Assembly (NCBI GenBank): GCA_934149465.1
Contig: CAKPEZ010000001.1
Span: 135,178 to 199,177 of the forward strand
Length of the DNA stretch: 64,000 bases
Source: an uncultured Bacilli bacterium
GTDB lineage: Bacteria; Bacillota_I; Bacilli_A; RF39; UBA660
Reading direction: 5' to 3'
In this document: piece by piece, positions 19,987-30,556 of the stretch
How positions within the stretch are numbered: position 1 is the first letter of the stretch
How the letters are laid out: each line of letters begins with the position of its first letter
The notes under the pieces: model-generated
Database searches by the model: none
The model's input: only the letters and a program-made list of their open reading frames with translations
Told to the model about the DNA's origin: nothing
Translations under genes and position numbers: made by a program

Positions 19987-22149
19987 TTATAATTTTAATT
20001 TAATAACAAGTTCTTCTTCATTAACAATTGTTCCTTCTGATAAGCTTTGCTCATAAACATAGCCATTTCCTTCTATCGTATAAGCACAGCCCATAAGTTC
20101 TAATATATTTACAACCTCTTTATAAGAATATCCAATTAAATTAGGCATCATTTTATTATAATTATTAGTAAGTAAGAATACTTTATCTCCTTCATTTAAA
20201 GTAGTAGTCATTCTTGGATACTGATCAATAATCTTATCACCATCACCAAGTACAACAACATTAAGTTTATTTTCTTCTAATAAAGATTTTACCTCATTAG
20301 TATTTAAATTTAAATAAGAACCTATTTTATAAGTAGAAGCTTTATTAGTATTCACACTTCCACTAAGTCCCAAATAATTACCTACATTAGAAATAAGTTC
20401 CTTAACGCTATTAGCAAGATAATTAGCACTTCCAGTCTTTGGATGTTTCATGGCTGCATAAACAATAATTTCTGGATCTTCTTCAGGAAAAAGACCTGAA
20501 AAAGAATAAATTAAGTTAGGATTATCAAAATATCTACCATTTTGATGATCAAATACTTGAGCAGTACCAGTTTTACCAATAATATTATAATCATCTACTT
20601 TATACATATATCCAACACCATGTTCAGGATCATTATTAATAACATCATGCATTAATTCTTTTAATTTACTAATCGTATTTTCATTAGCAATCTTATTAAT
20701 AACTTCTCTATTTCCACTATAAACTATTTTATTAGCATCAGATACTATCTTGCTTACAATATAAGGCTTAATCATAGTACCATTATTAGCAATTGCAGTT
20801 AATGCTTGCAAATGTTGTATTGGCGTAGTTAAAATTCCCTGTCCAAAAGCTGCATTAGCAACCTCTACTGGATAATTAAATTCTATATTTCCCTTAAGTT
20901 CATTGCCTAAAGTAATATTAGTTTTCTTTCCAAAACCATATTTTTGAAAACACAAAGAAAGTTCTTCTTTAGTAATAGTAGTTTCCATAATATCTGCAAC
21001 AGCTGTATTAGAAGATAAAGCAAATCCTAAATCATAAGAAATCTTTCCCCATCCAACTTTATTCCAGTCACTAATTTTAGTTATCTTTGTTTCATCAGAA
21101 TAATCTTTATATTCTTTTACTCCCGAATTATAAAGAGTATTTCCATCATATTTTCCTGAATCAATTGCGCACATATAAGTAAATACTTTCATAGTAGATC
21201 CTGGTTCATAAGAATAAGAAACAAGCGGATTTAAATAAGAAGTCATATTCCTAATATTAGGATCAAAAGAAGGAGTAGATGCTGTTCCAAGAATTTCCCC
21301 AGTTTTACCATTCATAATAGTAATACTTACCCACTCAGCTTCACTAGTTTCTTGTGCCCTATGAACTGCATTCTCTATAAAAAGCTGAATATTAGTATCT
21401 AAAGTCAAATAAACATCATCACCTTGAACAGCTTCTTTAATATATTCATTACCATTAGCAATCTTATAACCATATTTATCTTGTTCAAATCTTAAATATC
21501 CATTTTCTCCAGTTAAAATATCATTATAATATCCTTCTATTCCCATCTCACCAGTAATAACATCCTTTTTATCATCATTTTCTTTTTTTACTGTATAACC
21601 AATAGTATAAGAAGCAAAATCTCCTTTAGGATAATATCTTTTTGTACTTTTTATAAAATCGATTCCTGGAAGATTTAAATTCTTAATTTCTTCCATTTCT
21701 AACTGACTAAGATTTCTTCCACCAGGCCCAAGCTCTACTTGGTATAAATTTTCTTTATTAAGTAAATTTAAAATTTCGTCTTTAGTCATATTAATAAGAG
21801 GCGCTAAAGCTTCTGCAGTTTTTTCTTTATCAACAACATGAAGAGGAACCTCACTATTTTCACTTCTAGTAGGACTAAGATAAGCAATTACTGTATATGA
21901 AGATACATCTTGCGCTAAGACATTGCCATCTTTATCATAAATAGTCCCTCTTTTGGGATAAAGAATCTCTTCAGAAGTATTTCTATTTTTAATAAACTCT
22001 GCTATTGAAGTATTTCCTACTTTAAAATTAACTAACGTTAAATATCCAACGCGCATCCCAAGGACTAAGAAAATAAGAAAAATCAAAAAGAAAAAGAATT
22101 TATTAGTAACTATCCGATCTAAATTATTTTTCTTCATATTATTCTCCAT
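19987..22149 (-). CDS. Class B penicillin-binding protein with two PASTA domains (FtsI/SpoVD-like)
   Basis: 720 aa. N-terminal TM, dimerisation domain, transpeptidase motifs (STMK, SSN, KTGTA), two C-terminal PASTA repeats. Sits in the rsmH-ftsL-pbp arrangement. Confidence 0.85.
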   Translation of the reverse strand: MENNMKKNNLDRIVTNKFFFFLIFLIFLVLGMRVGYLTLVNFKVGNTSIAEFIKNRNTSEEILYPKRGTIYDKDGNVLAQDVSSYTVIAYLSPTRSENSEVPLHVVDKEKTAEALAPLINMTKDEILNLLNKENLYQVELGPGGRNLSQLEMEEIKNLNLPGIDFIKSTKRYYPKGDFASYTIGYTVKKENDDKKDVITGEMGIEGYYNDILTGENGYLRFEQDKYGYKIANGNEYIKEAVQGDDVYLTLDTNIQLFIENAVHRAQETSEAEWVSITIMNGKTGEILGTASTPSFDPNIRNMTSYLNPLVSYSYEPGSTMKVFTYMCAIDSGKYDGNTLYNSGVKEYKDYSDETKITKISDWNKVGWGKISYDLGFALSSNTAVADIMETTITKEELSLCFQKYGFGKKTNITLGNELKGNIEFNYPVEVANAAFGQGILTTPIQHLQALTAIANNGTMIKPYIVSKIVSDANKIVYSGNREVINKIANENTISKLKELMHDVINNDPEHGVGYMYKVDDYNIIGKTGTAQVFDHQNGRYFDNPNLIYSFSGLFPEEDPEIIVYAAMKHPKTGSANYLANSVKELISNVGNYLGLSGSVNTNKASTYKIGSYLNLNTNEVKSLLEENKLNVVVLGDGDKIIDQYPRMTTTLNEGDKVFLLTNNYNKMMPNLIGYSYKEVVNILELMGCAYTIEGNGYVYEQSLSEGTIVNEEELVIKLKL

Positions 22150-22438
22150 TTTCTGAAATTACTTTAACATTATTATTATTATAATCAAGCCCAAGTGAAG
22201 CAGCTACATTCTTAATATTTTCTAAAGAAGCAAGTTCATTAATCTTCATATTTAAACTCTGATTACTTTCTTCTAATTGATCTTTTTCCATTTTTAACTT
22301 CTCATATTCAACGTTAATTTTAGATAAAGTAGATTGACTAAATACTATTCCAACTATCAAAAGAATAGAAAGAAAAGTACAAGTACTATAAATAAATTTT
22401 TCTAATCGACTAATCCCCCTACTAGTTCTTTTTTTCAA
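22139..22438 (-). CDS. ftsL: Cell division protein FtsL
   Basis: 99 aa, bitopic, single TM plus coiled coil, between rsmH and the PBP gene. Confidence 0.6.
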   Translation of the reverse strand: MKKRTSRGISRLEKFIYSTCTFLSILLIVGIVFSQSTLSKINVEYEKLKMEKDQLEESNQSLNMKINELASLENIKNVAASLGLDYNNNNVKVISENGE

Positions 22439-22445
22439 AATAAAA

Positions 22446-23381
22446 TCACCTTATTCTTTCTGCAATACGCATTTTAGCACTTCTAGAACGTCTATTTTCT
22501 TCTAGTTCTTTCTTGCTAGGAAGAATCACATCTTTATTAATAAGTTTTAAAATAGGCTGATATTCTAAAGGAACAAAAGGAAGAACCTTTAAATCCTTTG
22601 GAACTTCGCTATACTTTTTAAAAATATTTTTAACAATTCGATCTTCTAAAGAATGAAAAGTAATAACAACAATCCTTCCTCCAGGCTTTAATATACTAAT
22701 AGCATCTTCTAATGCTTTTGAAAGAACATCTAATTCATTATTTACTTCTATTCTAATTGCTTGAAATACCTTCTTAGCAGGATTTTTTTCTCTCTTTACT
22801 CTCTCTGGTACAGAAAGCTTTATAATATCAACTAATTCCAAGGTAGTTTCTATATTCTTTTTTTCCCTATATTTTAAAATATTATTAGCAATAGAAACTG
22901 CAAACTTTTCTTCCCCATAATCTCTAAATATTTTAATTAAATCATTCTTAGAATAATTATTAACAACTTCATATGCACTAAAAGGATTATCCTTATCCAT
23001 ACGCATATCTAGTCTAGAATCTTGATGATAACTAAATCCTCGATCTTTTTCATCAAGCTGAGGACTAGATACTCCAAGATCAAAGATAATTCCATTTATT
23101 TTATCAATATTTTTTTTCTTAAGTTCTTCCTTTAAATTAACAAAATTACTCTTAATAATTTCATAGGAATTACTAATCTTAGAAAGGCGATCATTACTAT
23201 AATTAATTGCATCTATATCCTGATCAAAAGAATATAAAAATCCCTTATTTAACTTAGATAAAATTAGACTACTATGACCACCATATCCTAAAGTAGCATC
23301 TACATAAATACCATTTTCATCTATATTCAAAGAATCAATAGCCTCATTTAATAAAACACTATAATGCATATTAATCACCAC
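22446..23381 (-). CDS. rsmH: 16S rRNA m4C1402 methyltransferase RsmH (MraW)
   Basis: 311 aa (YVDATLGYGGHS, FDLGVSSPQLD). Confidence 0.9.
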   Translation of the reverse strand: MVINMHYSVLLNEAIDSLNIDENGIYVDATLGYGGHSSLILSKLNKGFLYSFDQDIDAINYSNDRLSKISNSYEIIKSNFVNLKEELKKKNIDKINGIIFDLGVSSPQLDEKDRGFSYHQDSRLDMRMDKDNPFSAYEVVNNYSKNDLIKIFRDYGEEKFAVSIANNILKYREKKNIETTLELVDIIKLSVPERVKREKNPAKKVFQAIRIEVNNELDVLSKALEDAISILKPGGRIVVITFHSLEDRIVKNIFKKYSEVPKDLKVLPFVPLEYQPILKLINKDVILPSKKELEENRRSRSAKMRIAERIR

Positions 23382-23506
23382 TCATATTTACATTTTAATT
23401 GTACTATTAATATAAGGTATTGTAAATATAAAAGCAAAAGATTTGACAAAATTATGGATTTATCCTATTATTTTTGATATACTTAATAATAGAAAGTGGT
23501 GGCAAA

Positions 23507-24196
23507 ATGAAAAACATGAAAAAAGATTTTATTACTTTAGCAAAGACCATTAGTCTTTTTATTTTATTGCTTATTTTTAAAGAGTTATTTATCTTAGTAA
23601 TAAATCAGTTTATTGATTTATCAAAGGTAAGTAAAAATAGTATTTCATATATCTATCTAATCGCAGATCTTATGTATATGATGATTCTATTTCTTGCTTA
23701 TCATAAAACTTTAATAAAAGATTTTAAATTATTTATTAAAAATTTTGGAGAAAATATCAATACCTCTTTTAAATATTGGTTTATTGGATTAATAATAATG
23801 ATGATTAGTAATTATTTAATTGTAAGTTGCACAGGTGCTATTGCTCAAAACGAAGAATCTGTAAGATCTCTTCTAACTTCACTTCCATTATATATGATTT
23901 TCTCAATTTCCATATATGCTCCTTTTACTGAAGAATTAATATTTAGAAAGGGATTTAAAGATGTCATAGAAAATAAATGGTTATATATTTTAACATCAGG
24001 AATTACCTTTGGAGCAATGCATGTTGTATCATCAGTTACATCATTAAGTGATCTACTATATTTAATACCATATTGTTCTTTAGGAATTGCCTTTAGTAGT
24101 TTATATTATAAAACAGATAATATTTTCTCAAGTATGTCAATGCACTTTTTCCATAACACAATGACTTTACTTCTTCTTTTAATAGTAGGACAATAA
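23507..24196 (+). CDS. CPBP-family (CAAX/Abi) intramembrane metalloprotease
   Basis: Multi-TM protein with FTEELIFRKGF (EExxxR), FGAMH and HFFHN motifs. The start is probably MKNMKK at 23507, which has an RBS. Confidence 0.65.
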   Translation: MKNMKKDFITLAKTISLFILLLIFKELFILVINQFIDLSKVSKNSISYIYLIADLMYMMILFLAYHKTLIKDFKLFIKNFGENINTSFKYWFIGLIIMMISNYLIVSCTGAIAQNEESVRSLLTSLPLYMIFSISIYAPFTEELIFRKGFKDVIENKWLYILTSGITFGAMHVVSSVTSLSDLLYLIPYCSLGIAFSSLYYKTDNIFSSMSMHFFHNTMTLLLLLIVGQ

Positions 24197-24200
24197 AACT

Positions 24201-25049
24201 ATGAAAAAGAAAATTATTATTATATTAAGTATTATTTTAGGAATTCTTGGTATTATTCTTTATTCTAGATTTATAGAAACTTCTCTTTTTGAAACTAAAG
24301 AATATAAAATTAGTAATGTAAATCTTGCTAATGATTTCTCAGGTTTAAAGATAATCCATATAAGTGATATTCACTATGGAAGAATAACAACTACTAAAAT
24401 GATAAAAAAAATTATCAAAGAAGTAAATTTAATAAAACCAGACATAATTGTAATTACTGGTGATCTTATCGATAAAGATGCTACTCTTACTGAAAAAGAT
24501 ATTTCTTTCTTAAAAGATAGTTTAGCAAAATTAGAAAGTAAATATGGAAAATACGCTATTTATGGAAACCATGATATTACCTATAGTAGAGAAAAAATAG
24601 AAGAAATATATAAATATAGTAATTTTAAATTACTTGTCAATGATTATGATATTATATATGGAAAAAGGAATGAAGCATTATTTATTGGAGGATTAGATAG
24701 CCTTTTAGAAGGAGAGCAAAATATAGAAAAGACAATGTCTTATTTTAATGATCATGAAGATATTCTCTATAAAATACTTCTAGTACATGAGCCTGATAGC
24801 ACTGATAATATTTTAGAAAAATACCCAAATACTAATCTTATATTAGCAGGGCACTCACATAATGGACAAGTTCGTCTTCCTTTAATAGGAGCTATTTACA
24901 CACCTTCTGGAAGCAAAAAGTACTATGACAATTACTATAAAATAAATGAAACTGATCTATATATTTCTAGTGGTATCGGAGTATCTAGAATCAATTTTAG
25001 ATTATTCAATAAACCATCTATTAACTTTTATAGAATCTATAACGATTAA
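24201..25049 (+). CDS. Membrane-anchored calcineurin-like metallophosphoesterase
   Basis: Carries the DIH, GDLID, GNHD and GHSHNGQ motifs. Confidence 0.75.
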   Translation: MKKKIIIILSIILGILGIILYSRFIETSLFETKEYKISNVNLANDFSGLKIIHISDIHYGRITTTKMIKKIIKEVNLIKPDIIVITGDLIDKDATLTEKDISFLKDSLAKLESKYGKYAIYGNHDITYSREKIEEIYKYSNFKLLVNDYDIIYGKRNEALFIGGLDSLLEGEQNIEKTMSYFNDHEDILYKILLVHEPDSTDNILEKYPNTNLILAGHSHNGQVRLPLIGAIYTPSGSKKYYDNYYKINETDLYISSGIGVSRINFRLFNKPSINFYRIYND

Positions 25050-25083
25050 AAAACTAGTTCATAAAAATTGAACTAGTTTTTAA

Positions 25084-25269
25084 TTAATAATTTCTTGATT
25101 TTTTTCTACTATTCTTGATACCATTTTTAATTGCTTCACGACGTTGAATACCAGGTTTTTTATAGCCTTCATTTCTTTCTTTAGCTTTAGAAAGGACGCC
25201 ACTTTTTACCACTTGGTTTTTAAATCTTTTAAGAGCAAAATCTAAGTTTCCTCTAACTTCTACTGACAT
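25084..25269 (-). CDS. rpsU: 30S ribosomal protein S21
   Basis: 61 aa (MSVEVRGNLDFALKRFK...). Confidence 0.9.
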   Translation of the reverse strand: MSVEVRGNLDFALKRFKNQVVKSGVLSKAKERNEGYKKPGIQRREAIKNGIKNSRKKSRNY

Positions 25270-25378
25270 TTATAATCCCTCCTTCCGCTTTTAACATAGT
25301 AAATTATATCATTATATTTAAAAATATACAACAAAAATCGCGTTTTTTAGCAAAAAAACCTTTATTTTGGGCATTATA

Positions 25379-25416
25379 GCAAAAAAAGCTCTATTTTAGC
25401 AATAATTTTAGAGCTT
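25379..25416 (-). terminator. Rho-independent terminator after ruvA
   Basis: 8-bp stem aagctcta/tagagctt overlapping the ruvA stop, followed on the minus strand by a T7 run. Confidence 0.45.
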
Positions 25417-25960
25417 CTTTTATTTGTAATTCTAAAGAATTATCTTTATTAACTTTTGGTAAAATTTTTCTAACATCAGCTTTCTTATACCCAAGTCCTT
25501 CTAAAACAAGGAGTAATTCTTCATCAGTATTATCATCTTGAACAGTTAAAGTAGTAAATAAATTATCACTAAATATCTTACCTTTTAAATCAAGAACCAT
25601 CTGTCTTGCTACTTTATCCCCTATTTTAGGAAATTTCTTTAAATAAGTAATATTTTCTTGATCTACAGCTTCAGCAAGAGAAGATGTATTACTAAGAGCA
25701 ATTATTGGAAGAGCCATCTTAGGACCTAATCCTTTAACAGAAATAAGTTTTAAAAAAAGATTCTTCTCTTCCCTATCTTTAAATCCATATAAACTATATT
25801 CATCTTCTTTAACATTATTATATAAATACACTTTATACTTTTCTTTTAATTTATAATAATAAGGATTAGAAACATTAATTTGATATCCTATATCATTTAC
25901 TTCTAAAATAATAGAATTAGGATCAATTTCAGTCACTATTCCAATTAAATAACCATACAT
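25391..25960 (-). CDS. ruvA: Holliday junction DNA helicase subunit RuvA
   Basis: 189 aa (MYGYLIGIV N-terminus, HhH motifs GLGPKMALPII). Confidence 0.85.
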   Translation of the reverse strand: MYGYLIGIVTEIDPNSIILEVNDIGYQINVSNPYYYKLKEKYKVYLYNNVKEDEYSLYGFKDREEKNLFLKLISVKGLGPKMALPIIALSNTSSLAEAVDQENITYLKKFPKIGDKVARQMVLDLKGKIFSDNLFTTLTVQDDNTDEELLLVLEGLGYKKADVRKILPKVNKDNSLELQIKEALKLLLK

Positions 25961-27144
25961 TATTTTTTAATTCCCTTCAATCCTTTAACCCCTTGATTTT
26001 GTAAAATATTTGTCTCAAATGAGAATATTTTCTTTTCTTTATTCTTATATTCTTTAATAGCAATATTAATCATTGCTTCAAGAAGTTCTGGATAAGAAAT
26101 ATTTTTTCCTTGCCATAAATAATAAGATAAAGAACCAGGACAAGTATTAGCTTCATTTATATATATTTTATTACTCTTTTTATCTATTAAATAGTCAAAA
26201 CGAACAACACCACTATCATTTAAAATCTTAAATGCTAAAAGAGAATATTCTTCAATTTGTTTGCGCATCTCTTCTGAAATACGAGCAGGCATTATTCTTC
26301 TTGCAGAAGTCATTCCTTTAGAACAGCCAGTTTTAGAACCACCAATATATTTATCCCTATACGATAATATTTCATCTTCTTTTAAAACTTCTTCAATAAC
26401 AGAAGTTTCTGCCTTAGTATAATTACCTAATACAGCACAGTTACACTCAGTAAGATTTTCTACCATCTCTTCAACTAAAATCTTATTATCATATTTAATA
26501 ACTTCTTCAATTGCATCTTTTAGCTTATCAGGATTATCAACTTTTACAATACCAACGCTACTACCAAGACGAGCTGGTTTTAAAATAACTGGATATTTTA
26601 ATGTAGAAATTCTCTCACTTACTAAGTCAGGATCTTTTAAAAATTCATCATCAAAGAAAGAAACATATTTACAAACTGGAAGACCATTTATCTCAAATAA
26701 TTGTTTCATAAATACTTTATCTTGACCTACGCTAGAAGCAAAAATATTACTTCCTACATAAGGAACACCAACTAATTCTAAATATCCTTGAATAGTTCCA
26801 TCTTCCATTCCATAGCCATGGACTATTGGAAATGCTAAATCAATTTCGTTAATTTCTCTTTTTAAAAATCCTGTGCTTTGTAAAACAAAACGTCCTTTTT
26901 TATTAATTAAGTTTACTTTTTTAGCATATTTCTTTATAAGAGAAAAATCTTTATAACTTTCAATATCCATAAGCATAGGACCAGTATACCATTCTAAATC
27001 TTTAGTAATATAAATAGGAATAATCTCATACTTCTCAGTATCCATATATTCCATTGCTTGAACTGCAGAAATTACAGAAATTTCATGTTCAACAGTTTTT
27101 CCCCCAAAAATAACACCTAATTTAATTTTCATAATTACCTTCAC
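25960..27144 (-). CDS. ddl: D-alanine--D-alanine ligase
   Basis: GVIFGGKTVEHEISVISA N-terminus and an ATP-grasp core. Confidence 0.8.
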   Translation of the reverse strand: MKVIMKIKLGVIFGGKTVEHEISVISAVQAMEYMDTEKYEIIPIYITKDLEWYTGPMLMDIESYKDFSLIKKYAKKVNLINKKGRFVLQSTGFLKREINEIDLAFPIVHGYGMEDGTIQGYLELVGVPYVGSNIFASSVGQDKVFMKQLFEINGLPVCKYVSFFDDEFLKDPDLVSERISTLKYPVILKPARLGSSVGIVKVDNPDKLKDAIEEVIKYDNKILVEEMVENLTECNCAVLGNYTKAETSVIEEVLKEDEILSYRDKYIGGSKTGCSKGMTSARRIMPARISEEMRKQIEEYSLLAFKILNDSGVVRFDYLIDKKSNKIYINEANTCPGSLSYYLWQGKNISYPELLEAMINIAIKEYKNKEKKIFSFETNILQNQGVKGLKGIKK

Positions 27145-27880
27145 TTTCTTTTTCTAAAAACTTATCTAAAACATTAATAGTTCTAGTTAATTCTTCTAAA
27201 TAAGCATAATGTGTGCATTTTTCATAAATGACAAGACCAGCATCTTTTATAAGCTTTTCAAGTTTCATTGCTTCTTCTACTGGAACTGCTGTATCATTTC
27301 TTCCCCATATTAATAACGTAGGACAATTAATTTTTTTAGCTTCTTCAGTTAAATTACAATTAACTCTTTTTACTAAGACTTCTTTCATAACTTTAGAAGC
27401 ATTTCGGTAGTCAACAGAACCAATATGGTTTTTCGCCCAATCTTCTAATTTATTTAAGAAAGGAATTTTCTTTAAAGTCTTTAATAAAAGTACTTTAACA
27501 GATTTTTTTTCTGTTTTTTCAAAAGGAGATGCTAATAAAATAAGTTTACAAACATCATACTTAGAAGCATAGCTAATTGCAATACTTCCACCAAAAGAAT
27601 GTCCTATCATAATAGGATCTTTTACTTTAAGTTCAGTAAAAAGCTTATAAAGAAGATCAGCATATTCTAAAGTAGAATATCCATAAGGTGGTTCTTCACT
27701 TTTGCCAAATCCTGGTAAATCAACTATTATAATTCGAAAAGCATGTTTAAATGCATTTCCTAACGGCTTCATCATTTCAATATTTTGACCCCATCCATGA
27801 AGTAAAATGAAAGGTCTCGCATTCTTTTCACCATATTCTATATAATTTATATAAATATCATCTATTTTCATTAAATTCAC
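27122..27880 (-). CDS. Alpha/beta-fold hydrolase
   Basis: 252 aa with the GHSFGG nucleophile elbow. Confidence 0.7.
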   Translation of the reverse strand: MNLMKIDDIYINYIEYGEKNARPFILLHGWGQNIEMMKPLGNAFKHAFRIIIVDLPGFGKSEEPPYGYSTLEYADLLYKLFTELKVKDPIMIGHSFGGSIAISYASKYDVCKLILLASPFEKTEKKSVKVLLLKTLKKIPFLNKLEDWAKNHIGSVDYRNASKVMKEVLVKRVNCNLTEEAKKINCPTLLIWGRNDTAVPVEEAMKLEKLIKDAGLVIYEKCTHYAYLEELTRTINVLDKFLEKESEGNYEN

Positions 27881-27976
27881 CTATATACATTATACAATAA
27901 TATTATATTTTAGCATAATAAAACTGTGATATTTTACTTAACTTGTGTCAAATAAAAGAAAAAAGCCTAATAAAGG

Positions 27977-29251
27977 CTATCTTTCATATTCAAATTCATA
28001 GTTCAAAATACGAACTATATCACCATCTTCTGCTCCAAGTTTATCTAATTTTTCATCAATACCCATCTTCTTTAATTTATTAGCAAATCTAATCAAAGCT
28101 TCCTCAGTATTAAAATTAGACATTCTAAGAAGTTTTTCTACTTCTTCCCCTCTTACTACCCAAACATTTCCTTCTTTAATAATAGTAAAAGGTTCTTCTT
28201 TCTTAAATTTATATAATACGTGACTTTCTATCTTCTCTTCTTCAAAAAGAGGCATACTCTGAGTCTTTTCAATTAAATCACCTAAATAAGTAATAACTTC
28301 TTCAAGTCCTACATTATTATATGTACTCACCTCAAAAACAGGCACATTAGAAACACGCTTTTTAAATTTCAAAAGATTATCTTTAGCACTTTCTAAATCC
28401 ATCTTATTAGCAATAATAATTTGTGGTTTATCAAGTAATTTTTTATCATAAGATTCTAATTCTTTATTTATTTTTAAATAGTCTTCATAAGGATCTCTAC
28501 CTTCAGTAGCAGCCATATCAATAACATGACATAATACTTTACATCTAGTAGCATGCCTTAAGAACTGATAACCAAGACCTACTCCTAAAGAAGCTCCTTC
28601 AATTAACCCAGGTAAATCTGCCATAACAAATTTTTGTCTTTTCTTAGTAGTAACTACTCCTAAATTAGGAGATAATGTAGTAAAATGATATGCCCCAATT
28701 TTAGGATTAGCCGAAGAAATTATCGATAGTATAGAAGATTTTCCTACGCTAGGCATTCCAATTAAACCAGCATCAGCCATTACTCTAAGTTCAACTTTTA
28801 AAGTTCTTTTTTCTCCAGGTTCTCCTCTTTCAGCTACACTAGGACAAGGATTTGTTCTAGTTGCTAAAGCAACATTACCTCTTCCGCCTCTTCCGCCTTT
28901 GGCAACAATTACTTCTTCTCCATTTTTAGTAAGATCTGCTACTATAAAATTACTATCAAGATCACGAACAACAGTCCCTACTGGAACCTTTATATATAAA
29001 TCTGCTCCATTTTTACCATTTTGATTTTTTCCTTGACCATTAAGTCCATTATTCCCAACAAATTTATGACGATATTTTAAATCTATAAGAGTTTTAAGAC
29101 CTTCATCAGCAACGAAAATAACGTCACCACCCTTACCACCGCTACCACCAAATGGTCCTCCCATAGGAATAAACTTTTCCCTACGATAAGCCATACATCC
29201 TTCTCCACCAGTACCAGCAATAACTTCTATTTTTGTTTCATCTATAAACAT
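27977..29251 (-). CDS. obg: GTPase Obg/CgtA
   Basis: 424 aa. Obg-fold glycine-rich N-domain, G motifs (GMPSVGKSS, DLPG, NKMD), C-terminal TGS-like domain. Confidence 0.9.
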   Translation of the reverse strand: MFIDETKIEVIAGTGGEGCMAYRREKFIPMGGPFGGSGGKGGDVIFVADEGLKTLIDLKYRHKFVGNNGLNGQGKNQNGKNGADLYIKVPVGTVVRDLDSNFIVADLTKNGEEVIVAKGGRGGRGNVALATRTNPCPSVAERGEPGEKRTLKVELRVMADAGLIGMPSVGKSSILSIISSANPKIGAYHFTTLSPNLGVVTTKKRQKFVMADLPGLIEGASLGVGLGYQFLRHATRCKVLCHVIDMAATEGRDPYEDYLKINKELESYDKKLLDKPQIIIANKMDLESAKDNLLKFKKRVSNVPVFEVSTYNNVGLEEVITYLGDLIEKTQSMPLFEEEKIESHVLYKFKKEEPFTIIKEGNVWVVRGEEVEKLLRMSNFNTEEALIRFANKLKKMGIDEKLDKLGAEDGDIVRILNYEFEYER

Positions 29252-29373
29252 AACAGATCACCTCTTTTTATATAATTATATCCTAATTTGTGCAAAAAAA
29301 AAAGACATATTCATTATTCTTTAATATTTGAAGGGAAAAACCTCTTATATGAAGTTTCCCATATCTAAAGTAT

Positions 29374-29607
29374 TTATTTTTTTTGAGCAAACATTGTCGC
29401 TCCCACTAAAATCAAAATAACTACCACCATACCAATAATTACAGCATTCAAATTATTCGCATTAAAAGCATCGCTTACAATAGCACCTTGCTGAACAATC
29501 GCATTAGTATTAACAAGCTTGCTAGCATTTATTGTATCAGAATTTTCTAAAGCATTTGTAATAGTTGGCCTGCTCAATATTAAAAACAATAAGAACTTTT
29601 TTTTCAT
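29374..29607 (-). CDS. Small exported/membrane protein
   Basis: 77 aa with an N-terminal signal and a C-terminal TM. Confidence 0.3.
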   Translation of the reverse strand: MKKKFLLFLILSRPTITNALENSDTINASKLVNTNAIVQQGAIVSDAFNANNLNAVIIGMVVVILILVGATMFAQKK

Positions 29608-29713
29608 ACTGATAACGCTCCTTCTAAATCCCGTCTATTCTACTAGTCGGAATATCATTATACAACAATATTGCAAATTTGTTTCATATAAGACAGTAAT
29701 TTGACATATTTTT

Positions 29714-30403
29714 TTATAATCCTAGTAAAAAACCAAGAGTTGGAATCAAATTATAAAGTATTCTCATAGAAATACTAACAGTTATATTATTAGTCTTATA
29801 ATAAGCATAGGAAAATGAAGAATTAAGCGCTAATAAAGGAATTATTCCTAAATAAGACAAAGAATTTTCTGCAGTTAAAGCAATAGTAAAGAAAACATTA
29901 ATAAATGAAGTAATTAAAATAAATTGCCACTTACTAGAAAATATCTTTTTTAAATTCTTCTTAAATACTAATTCTTCCGTAATTGGATAATACAAAATAG
30001 TCATAAGGACATAAAGAAAAGCATTCTTATTAAATCCTTCTTTAATAACAGAATCATTAACAATAGTAAAATTAGGCCAAATAGCATGTAAAATAACTTT
30101 GCAAACTATCATAATACCAAGACCCACTAATAAAGAAAATAAAGCTGTTTTAAAATAACTTTTAAAATTCTTTTTATATTTTAAAAGATCGTTTCTTAAA
30201 TCATCATAATATAAAGCAATAAGTAAAAACATAAAAACAAAGTTACTAAAAAATTTCAAATATAAAGTTGAAGTTTCACTTAAATTTAAAAGTCCTATCA
30301 AAGAATTAGAAAAATATGGCCATACAAAGAAAAGAATTATTATTAAGATGGCCATCCCTAAATTTTTTAAACGTTCTTTTTGCAAGTTCATCACATATAC
30401 CAC
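29714..30403 (-). CDS. CPBP-family (CAAX/Abi) intramembrane metalloprotease
   Basis: Multi-TM protein with ITEELVFKKNL (EExxxR) and conserved downstream His-containing helices. Confidence 0.6.
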   Translation of the reverse strand: MVYVMNLQKERLKNLGMAILIIILFFVWPYFSNSLIGLLNLSETSTLYLKFFSNFVFMFLLIALYYDDLRNDLLKYKKNFKSYFKTALFSLLVGLGIMIVCKVILHAIWPNFTIVNDSVIKEGFNKNAFLYVLMTILYYPITEELVFKKNLKKIFSSKWQFILITSFINVFFTIALTAENSLSYLGIIPLLALNSSFSYAYYKTNNITVSISMRILYNLIPTLGFLLGL

Positions 30404-30460
30404 CTATCCTTATTACAATAATTATAACGCAGATTTTTAAATATTCCAACTACTTTTTTT

Positions 30461-30497
30461 AGTTTTATAAAAAATACTAACCTTTTTTAAGGTTAGT
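30461..30497 (-). terminator. Rho-independent terminator
   Basis: 9-bp stem actaacctt/aaggttagt with a 4-nt loop, followed on the minus strand by a T-rich run. It lies downstream of the 16-codon ORF and of the 283-aa gene. Confidence 0.5.
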
Positions 30498-30505
30498 ATG
30501 AGAAA

Positions 30506-30556
30506 TTATACCCAGCTAAAAATGAACCAAAACCAACTAGTTTTACCTTTTTTCAT
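30506..30556 (-). CDS. Candidate 16-aa Trp/Phe-rich peptide (MKKGKTSWFWFIFSWV)
   Basis: Not in the ORF track (too short). Has a textbook SD, AAGGAGGA, 9 nt upstream of the ATG. Lies immediately 5' of a terminator and a CPBP protease gene. Confidence 0.25.
   Translation of the reverse strand: MKKGKTSWFWFIFSWV

Noticed and set aside
23382-23506. Missing mraZ upstream of rsmH
   Set aside because: No MraZ-like ORF (about 143 aa, double DXXXR) fits in the 125-bp intergenic gap. Absence recorded, not a feature.
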